Made by a program: the position numbers and the translations under genes
Shown: positions 57,830 through 64,000 of the stretch, in pieces
Numbering within the stretch: position 1 is the first letter of the stretch
Layout: each line of letters begins with the position of its first letter
DNA from: Planctomycetota bacterium
Lineage (GTDB): Bacteria > Planctomycetota > Phycisphaerae > WQYP01
Length of the DNA stretch: 64,000 nt
Reading direction: 5' to 3'
Assembly (NCBI GenBank): GCA_021790385.1
Contig: JAJYDW010000007.1
Span: 10,483 to 74,482, forward strand
Notes under the pieces: generated by a model
Database searches by the model: none
What the model was told of the DNA's origin: nothing
What the model saw: only the letters and a program-made list of their open reading frames with translations

Positions 57830-60409
57830 ATGCCTCGTACCATAGTCACCCATTGGCAACACGCCCCCACCGGAGCCGCCGGCATCTGTGATGCCCATTG
57901 CCGGTACCCCGGTGTGCCGGTGGCCATAGACATGCAAAAACACGTCGGCCGCAACCGTATCATTTACAATGGTCCCGCTGCGGTTTGGTCTGAAGGCTTG
58001 CCCATGGGTAATGGCGATTTAGCCGCCATGGCTTTTCAACCTGCCGGCTCCCTGTGCTGGGGACTCACCAAATCAGATGTTCGTGATCTGCGACATCCTG
58101 TGGTTCCCTGGTGCGATCATCCCACCATGCGTCGTATCTTTGAAAAGGAACACAACCATTTACTCACCGATCAGATCAACGAAGAAGAATGGGATTTTCG
58201 CACCTATTTTCCCTGCTTTCTCCCCGCGGGAGGCCTATGGCTTAGCGCCCTGCAAGAAGGCGAACTGGCCGTTCAACGGCAGGTGCTGGATTTATATCAG
58301 GCCCAGCACAACATGGAGTTGGCTGGTGGTGGCCAGGTTACCAGCTTCGTTTATGCCGATGCCAATGTACTCGTCGTTCGGTTGACCGGTATGAAAGGGA
58401 TGCAACTGCGTTTGCGATTCGGCCCTGAGGCCATTGAGCCAGGCCGTGCCGGTGAGCCTGATTCTCCCACGGCACAATTGATCCGCAAGGAAATTTTCCG
58501 CCGTCAATTACGCCAGTGGCAACCCGATCAGGGGCGATTACAGGTGGACTATGCCGATGGCCATCGTACACTTCTGATGCTGCAAATTCGCGGAGCCACG
58601 CTTGACTATCGTGCATCCGATGCCGAGGAGGCCACGGTGGACTTGCAGGCCGACACCGTAGATATTCTGATGACCATTGCCACATCACGCCAGGGTGCAT
58701 TTTTGCAGCGCCGCGCCTCCCTCCTGCTGGAAACCGCGTGGCAGCGCAACGTGGACCGGTTGCTTGCCGATCATCACACCTGCTGGCATGAACGCTGGAG
58801 CCGTTCCGCAGTACAACTGCCCCAACGCATTTTGGAAAGCCTTTGGTGCTACGCCATATACACTATGGCCTCCAGCAGTCGAGCCGCGTATCCAGCCCCG
58901 CTCATGTCCGCCTGGCATTTACGCCTGGATCAACCCTACGGCGGTGATTTTCATAACAACATCAATTCGCAGATGTGCTATTGGCCCCTCCCCGCGGCCA
59001 ACCATGCAGATATCATGGAACCTTTTCTCAAGCATTTCTGGTCGGTCATGCCGGAAATGGAAATGGAGACCAGGCGTGTCTGGAATCTACCCGGCATCAA
59101 GGTACCCTTTGCCAGCATTGGTCGAGGTATCGATCATTGGGGCGTTGGATACTGGCGATACGAGCTTTTTGTTTCAGCATGGCTCGCCCAGATCGCCTGG
59201 TGGCATTATGAATTCACCGGTGATCGCAAGATGCTTTTGCAATTCGGTTGGCCGCTGATTCAGGCTGTGGCTGAATTTTACCTGGCCTATCTCGATGTCG
59301 ATCCGGCCACCGGCAGACTTTCGCTGCCACTGACCAAACTCTGCGAAGACACCATGTTCAACGTAGTTCCTGCGCAACGGCTGGTCCGTGATGCCGGCCT
59401 GGACCTGACCGCTGTCCACAGTCATCTGCGCGATGCTGCACAGGCGGCCGAGGTAGTCGGTCAACCCCAGGATGCCGCCCGTTACCGCGCTACCATCAAC
59501 AAACTCAATCCGCTGCCGGTTACCGACGGCCAATTTGCCATTGCATCCGGAATGACCATGGACGTACCTGTTTCCCATCCTTATCAGTTAGCGGCTATTT
59601 ATCCGGCCGGCCTTGTAACCCAGCTTGGACCTGCCTCTTTGTTGCCTGTTGCGCAGCGCACCCTGGCTAACGTTTGGAGATGTTCCTCGCGGGTCAGCAT
59701 CGGTCAGCCCGATACCGAACGGCTTCGCTGGAATGATGATCTCTCTATGGGTTGGATCGGCACGGCCAGAGCCTGGATGAGCGATGGAGATGGCGCTCTT
59801 GATGCCTTGCTTAATGGATGGGTCACCAGCACACTTAAAACCAACGGCTTTTTAGCCGAGCAAGCACGCCAGCCGGGCGAACGCTCCACCATGGGCTGGA
59901 TGCAGAATCAGCTTTGCGGACTTGCCAACGGCATCAATGAAATGCTCCTGCAAAGTCATTCCGGTATCATCCAGATTTTTCCCGCATTACCTTCCACCTG
60001 GACCGATGTCGGCTTTGTACACCTGCTGGCCAGGCCTGGCGTACGAGTTTCCGCCCGGCGCTGCGGGGGTAACACTCAATGGGTGGTGCTTTCCGCGGAA
60101 AATAAAGCGGCGGTATGCCTCCGCAACCCCTGGCCGGGGCAAATAGTTGATTCGCTGGCCGTGGTAGACACGTGCTTTCCAGACCGGCTAATGCCCATCG
60201 TCTGCAACGATGCCGGGCATCTGCTGCTGACCCTGCTGCCACATCAGCCGCTGATGGTAGTGCCCAAGGAACACCTTCCCGTCGAAACTCTAATTGAGGC
60301 TCCAGAGGATGATGGAACCGCTCCCTGGTCCTTTACCGGACCCATTCCGCTGCGCCACGAGGATCCGCCGCCGGACGGCACCTGGACGAGCTGGTGGGGC
60401 AAGCCGTAG
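57830..60409 (+). CDS. GH95-like glycoside hydrolase (putative alpha-L-fucosidase or alpha-L-galactosidase), 859 aa
   Basis: N-terminal AAVWSEGLPMGNGDLAAMAF...LCWGLTKSDVRD matches the GH95 N-terminal beta-sandwich signature (PA..W.EALPIGNG.LGAMVFG). The size fits GH95 enzymes. Family assignment is tentative. Confidence 0.45.
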   Translation: MPRTIVTHWQHAPTGAAGICDAHCRYPGVPVAIDMQKHVGRNRIIYNGPAAVWSEGLPMGNGDLAAMAFQPAGSLCWGLTKSDVRDLRHPVVPWCDHPTMRRIFEKEHNHLLTDQINEEEWDFRTYFPCFLPAGGLWLSALQEGELAVQRQVLDLYQAQHNMELAGGGQVTSFVYADANVLVVRLTGMKGMQLRLRFGPEAIEPGRAGEPDSPTAQLIRKEIFRRQLRQWQPDQGRLQVDYADGHRTLLMLQIRGATLDYRASDAEEATVDLQADTVDILMTIATSRQGAFLQRRASLLLETAWQRNVDRLLADHHTCWHERWSRSAVQLPQRILESLWCYAIYTMASSSRAAYPAPLMSAWHLRLDQPYGGDFHNNINSQMCYWPLPAANHADIMEPFLKHFWSVMPEMEMETRRVWNLPGIKVPFASIGRGIDHWGVGYWRYELFVSAWLAQIAWWHYEFTGDRKMLLQFGWPLIQAVAEFYLAYLDVDPATGRLSLPLTKLCEDTMFNVVPAQRLVRDAGLDLTAVHSHLRDAAQAAEVVGQPQDAARYRATINKLNPLPVTDGQFAIASGMTMDVPVSHPYQLAAIYPAGLVTQLGPASLLPVAQRTLANVWRCSSRVSIGQPDTERLRWNDDLSMGWIGTARAWMSDGDGALDALLNGWVTSTLKTNGFLAEQARQPGERSTMGWMQNQLCGLANGINEMLLQSHSGIIQIFPALPSTWTDVGFVHLLARPGVRVSARRCGGNTQWVVLSAENKAAVCLRNPWPGQIVDSLAVVDTCFPDRLMPIVCNDAGHLLLTLLPHQPLMVVPKEHLPVETLIEAPEDDGTAPWSFTGPIPLRHEDPPPDGTWTSWWGKP

Positions 60410-60528
60410 TTTGCCGGGCCAGGCTCATCAGCCAAGCCCTCTTGAACAAAGGCTTCCGCCTGCCGCATTTCATCGGAAGCCTGTCGCGCACAAAATGCTG
60501 CACCGATTATGAAAGCGATTAAAATTTT

Positions 60529-61851
60529 ATGCCATCGAATCAGCCCACATCTTCCCCTCAGCCAGCTCTAACCCCACAGAAATTCAGCGATCTCCGCTAT
60601 GGCATGATTGTTCATTATGGCCTTTACAGCCTGCTGGGGCGAGGCGAATGGGCTCTCAACCGTGAACGAATCAACCTGGAGGAGTATCGCTCCCTGACGG
60701 CGCAGTTCACCGCCAAAAATTTTGACGCAGATGTTCTTTGCAGACTGGCCGTTTCCGCCGGCATGCGTTATCTGGTATTCACCACCATGCACATCGACGG
60801 CTTTCGATTGTACAACACGGTCCATAGCCCCTTCACATCGATGCACGCGGCCTGTCATCGAGATTTAACCGCCGAGGTTATTGCTGCCGCCCGCCGCCAC
60901 GGCCTCTACATCGGCCTGTATCACAGCCTCACCAATCTGATGGATCAACCCGATGGTGCAGACGCTCTGGAAAATCCCGCCGCCTACCGCACCTTCATCG
61001 CCCGCACCCATCAGCGCCTGGAAGAACTGGTGCGGTGCTACACCCCCATAGATATCCTCTGGTACGATGGCTGGTGGCCCTTCAACGACCGAGGCTGGCA
61101 AGCCCAGACCATGAATGCTTTGGTTCGATCCATCCAGCCCCACCTCATCGTCAACGGCCGCAATGGCCTGCCCGGTGACTTTTCCACTCCGGAAGGCCAT
61201 TTGTCGGCACCCCGTCCGTGGCGGCCATGGGAGGCCTGCATGACTCTCAACAACAGTTGGGGCTACCATCAGGGCGACCATGAATGGAAGACGCCCGGCC
61301 AGGTTGTGGACATGCTCGCCACTGTTGCTGCCGATCACGGCAATCTCCTGTTAAACGTCGGACCGCGTGGTGACGGCTCTATTCCCCAGCCAACCATTGA
61401 AGTCCTGGAAACAGTTGGTCAATGGCTTGAGCGTTGCGGCGAATGCATCTTTCATACGGACCGGTTTACCTACGGCCTGCGGGAGCGCGGCGACCACCGC
61501 GGAGATTGGCATCATCATGGCCCCATGACTGCCCGCGGCAATAGCCTTTATCTGCTGTTGCGCCGGTGGCCTGGACGAGAAATGGCCCTCGGCGGCTTGC
61601 AATCTCGCGTGCTCAAGGCCACCCTGCTGGGCATACCTGACTCTGCCAAAGCTGGGCCTCTACAGGTAGTTCAAACCCCCGACCGTCTGGCCATTCGTGG
61701 TTTGCCCGACAATCCACCCGATCCGGTCTGTACGGTACTCGCTTTGGAATGTGACCATCCACCGGTGCTGAATTTAACCGGTGGCATGCGGGTACCGCGG
61801 GTACCGCATCCTCCGTACGATCCGTGTCCGTCCGATTTGGCCCATAGCTGA
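60529..61851 (+). CDS. Alpha-L-fucosidase, glycoside hydrolase family 29
   Basis: KFSDLRYGMIVHYGLYSLLGRGEW (GH29 HWG.YS..EW motif). ILWYDGWWP (nucleophile region). C-terminal beta-sandwich domain. Confidence 0.85.
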   Translation: MPSNQPTSSPQPALTPQKFSDLRYGMIVHYGLYSLLGRGEWALNRERINLEEYRSLTAQFTAKNFDADVLCRLAVSAGMRYLVFTTMHIDGFRLYNTVHSPFTSMHAACHRDLTAEVIAAARRHGLYIGLYHSLTNLMDQPDGADALENPAAYRTFIARTHQRLEELVRCYTPIDILWYDGWWPFNDRGWQAQTMNALVRSIQPHLIVNGRNGLPGDFSTPEGHLSAPRPWRPWEACMTLNNSWGYHQGDHEWKTPGQVVDMLATVAADHGNLLLNVGPRGDGSIPQPTIEVLETVGQWLERCGECIFHTDRFTYGLRERGDHRGDWHHHGPMTARGNSLYLLLRRWPGREMALGGLQSRVLKATLLGIPDSAKAGPLQVVQTPDRLAIRGLPDNPPDPVCTVLALECDHPPVLNLTGGMRVPRVPHPPYDPCPSDLAHS

Positions 61852-61881
61852 TATGATTCCAATACAAAAAAGGAGCCTTCC

Positions 61882-62889
61882 ATGTCTACGTCAATCACTT
61901 CCCCGATCCATCGCCCGGCGCAATGGTCTACACGTGCGTTAGTCGCCATCATCCTGGTGCTGCTGTATGCTTTTACCATGACCAGCCCCTGTCAGGCAGC
62001 GGGAATTCCAGTACATAGTGGCCAAACAATTGCCTTTCTCGGCGATTCTATCACCCAGTTTGGCTGGGACCAGCGCAGCGGATATGTTCGGCTGGTCATG
62101 CTTGGCCTGAAGGTCAACGGCATTCATGCCACGGCCATTCCTGCCGGAGTCAGTGGCAACACCTCCAACGATATGCTCTCGCGATTGCAAACGGATGTGC
62201 TTAACAAAAAGCCGAACTGGATGCTGGTAAGCTGCGGCGTCAATGATGTCTGGCATATCCCCGGCGGAGTTTCTCTCCCCAATTTCAAAATGAACATGAC
62301 CGCAATCGTCAGGCGGGCTGAGAACCGGGGGATCAAAGTCATGATTCTCACCGCCACCATGATTGGAGAAAACGCCAACAATCCATTTAACCGAAAGCTG
62401 ATCGCCTATAACGCCTTTCTTCGGCGACTCGCGGCGCGCCATCATTGCCTGCTGGCCGACGTCGGTGCAGACATGCGAAATCAAGTGAAAAAGGAAATTG
62501 CCAAAGGACGCCAACCCGGGTGCCTGTTCACTGTGGATGGCGTCCATCCCAACCCGCGAGGGAATATGATGATGGCCGCCGACATCCTCCGGGCCTTTGG
62601 CTGCAACCATACCCAGTTGTCCACAGCTCGCCGCGCCTGGCTCAACGTTCCTTGGAAACTATCCGTCGTGTATCAAGTACGAGTAACCCGACAGCTTACC
62701 TTACGCCAATTTTTACGCCTGCAAAAACTGGGACGCAAAAATACGTCCGCAGCCATCTGGGATCAGGTTCAGTCCCGGTTTAACGATTGGCTTAACGCCC
62801 GGCCCACGGTGCAACGGTTTGATAATCGCATCCAACACCTATTTGACAGCTATATCACCCACAAGCTTGCCCCGATCAGCCACCGCTAA
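61882..62889 (+). CDS. SGNH/GDSL-family hydrolase (esterase or deacetylase), secreted
   Basis: Signal peptide. FLGDSIT (block I Ser), GVSGNTS (block II), CGVNDV (block III) and a DGVHP block V. Confidence 0.8.
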   Translation: MSTSITSPIHRPAQWSTRALVAIILVLLYAFTMTSPCQAAGIPVHSGQTIAFLGDSITQFGWDQRSGYVRLVMLGLKVNGIHATAIPAGVSGNTSNDMLSRLQTDVLNKKPNWMLVSCGVNDVWHIPGGVSLPNFKMNMTAIVRRAENRGIKVMILTATMIGENANNPFNRKLIAYNAFLRRLAARHHCLLADVGADMRNQVKKEIAKGRQPGCLFTVDGVHPNPRGNMMMAADILRAFGCNHTQLSTARRAWLNVPWKLSVVYQVRVTRQLTLRQFLRLQKLGRKNTSAAIWDQVQSRFNDWLNARPTVQRFDNRIQHLFDSYITHKLAPISHR

Positions 62890-62981
62890 TCCCCTCCGCG
62901 CCTGCCGCGTCCGCCCCGCGCCCCGCCCGAACGCCGGTGGTTCCAGGCGGGTCGTTGAATGGCCCATCTTGGTTGCAACCA

Positions 62982-63872
62982 TCAGGCCATGGACCGCTTC
63001 CCCCCCTGGCCCCCGCGTACCATCCGCTGCCCTCCGGAAGATTGCCTTTTCGAGCACAAACCCGCCATCGCCCGATACATCTCCCCGCTAATTTTGTTGG
63101 ACGGCATTTTCCATAATTCCGGGTTGAACAGTTCCAGCGAAAAATAACCCCGGTACCCCAGACTCTCAATCCGCCGCACAATTCCTTTGACATCCAGAAC
63201 ACCCTGACCGCTGCCCGGCAGCACGCGATCATCGTTGCAATGGCTGTGCTCACCCGGTTTGGGCCGCATATCATTGATATGCACATGCTTGAAAAGCGGC
63301 ACACTCACGTGATTGATATCTTCCAGCTTGCTGCTTGTGCAATGGTAATGCGCAACATCAAAAACAATTCCAACACGCTCGCTCCGCGCGGCCTGCGCCA
63401 CGCCCACCGCCGAACGCAGACTTTTAACCACCGGAGACCAATTGAATTCCACCGCCAGCGACACCGATTTCGGAAAACGCTCGGCAATTTTCCCCATCAC
63501 CTTACCAATGGTATCCAGAGCCGCCAGGGAATTTTGTTCCGGGCCATCGGTGCCTACCACCAATACCCCCCCACCCAACTCCGAGAGTAACCTGGCATTG
63601 GCTACCAGCAGCTTGTGATTCTCACGCTGCCGCCCGGCGTTGCTGAAACATTCAATGGGACATTCAAATCCGCCGATGCACTGCAATTGGAAACTCTCCA
63701 GCAACTTGCCCAAATCGCCCGCCCGCCGGCCCTGGTTGATCCATTGCCTGGCTTGACCAAGCTGCAATTCCACGCGGCGGAACCCTGCCGCGGAATAGGC
63801 TACCAATTTTTCTTCTAACGTCTCGGCCGGTGCGGTGGAAACGCTGGCAATTGCTATTTGGGATAATTTCAT
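62982..63872 (-). CDS. Sugar phosphate isomerase/epimerase (xylose-isomerase-like TIM barrel)
   Basis: AP-endonuclease-2/Xyl-isomerase-like TIM pattern (GFRRVEL..., ...LAVEFN..., DVAHYH..., HINDM); 296 aa. Confidence 0.7.
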   Translation of the reverse strand: MKLSQIAIASVSTAPAETLEEKLVAYSAAGFRRVELQLGQARQWINQGRRAGDLGKLLESFQLQCIGGFECPIECFSNAGRQRENHKLLVANARLLSELGGGVLVVGTDGPEQNSLAALDTIGKVMGKIAERFPKSVSLAVEFNWSPVVKSLRSAVGVAQAARSERVGIVFDVAHYHCTSSKLEDINHVSVPLFKHVHINDMRPKPGEHSHCNDDRVLPGSGQGVLDVKGIVRRIESLGYRGYFSLELFNPELWKMPSNKISGEMYRAMAGLCSKRQSSGGQRMVRGGQGGKRSMA

Positions 63873-64000
63873 GTGAACCTCTATAATTTGGCCTTTTCTG
63901 TTTTCCGCAGCTTCGGCCGTGGCTGCTTTGCGCTATCCTGCATCGTGTCATCTCCGGTCACCCGCACCGCCCAAATCCAGCCATTGTCGGGCGATTTCCA

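Noticed and set aside
1-64000. CRISPR arrays, IS elements or transposases, integrases, phage genes, restriction-modification or toxin-antitoxin systems
   Set aside because: No regularly spaced direct repeats and no transposase-, integrase- or phage-like ORFs were found. The only repeats are the short intergenic families reported.

Overview
This is a GC-rich bacterial chromosomal window. Two gene families point to a Planctomycetota (Phycisphaerae-like) genome or a close PVC-superphylum relative: two prepilin-type DUF1559 proteins with the H-X9-DG motif, and four PEP-CTERM-anchored proteins.

Housekeeping genes are interleaved with carbohydrate and envelope loci: polX, ispD, an EEP-family nuclease/phosphatase, birA, an orphan kdpE-like response regulator, priA, a universal stress protein, a stand-alone trpB and recN.

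- Alpha-glucan locus (about 13.4-29.9 kb): a LacI regulator, a GH13 enzyme with a CBM48 domain and a GH31 enzyme in one minus-strand operon, followed by two paralogous PEP-CTERM proteins, a very large GH13-like PEP-CTERM protein, a DUF1559 protein and a Na+/solute symporter.
- Envelope operon (30.1-44.0 kb): kpsF and kdsC (KDO biosynthesis), then a 1048-aa OstA/LptC-like protein, a 1658-aa protein fusing a catalytically degenerate PA/M28 peptidase-like ectodomain to an FtsX/MacB-type permease, and two paralogous ~670-aa polytopic membrane proteins. No ABC ATPase is present. This is the best candidate for an undescribed system.
- Fucoside-type glycan cluster (45.9-62.9 kb, all plus strand): a PEP-CTERM protein, a DUF1559 protein, two paralogous giant Tat/Sec-exported proteins with CBM9-like N-terminal modules, a GH36-like enzyme, a GH95-like enzyme, a GH29 alpha-L-fucosidase and an SGNH hydrolase.

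Several non-coding elements recur within the window:
- A TTGACA-N17-TAAACT promoter embedding the perfect palindrome GTTTAACCGGTTAAAC, present three times ahead of secreted-protein genes.
- A leader hairpin showing compensatory base changes ahead of two cluster genes.
- An approximately 80-135-nt intergenic repeat family present in three copies.
- A 167-bp MITE-like unit with 17-bp terminal inverted repeats between birA and kdpE, plus a partial copy upstream of recN.
- A candidate small RNA with a strong intrinsic terminator near the 5' end of the window.

No tRNA, rRNA, CRISPR array, IS element or phage gene was recognised.
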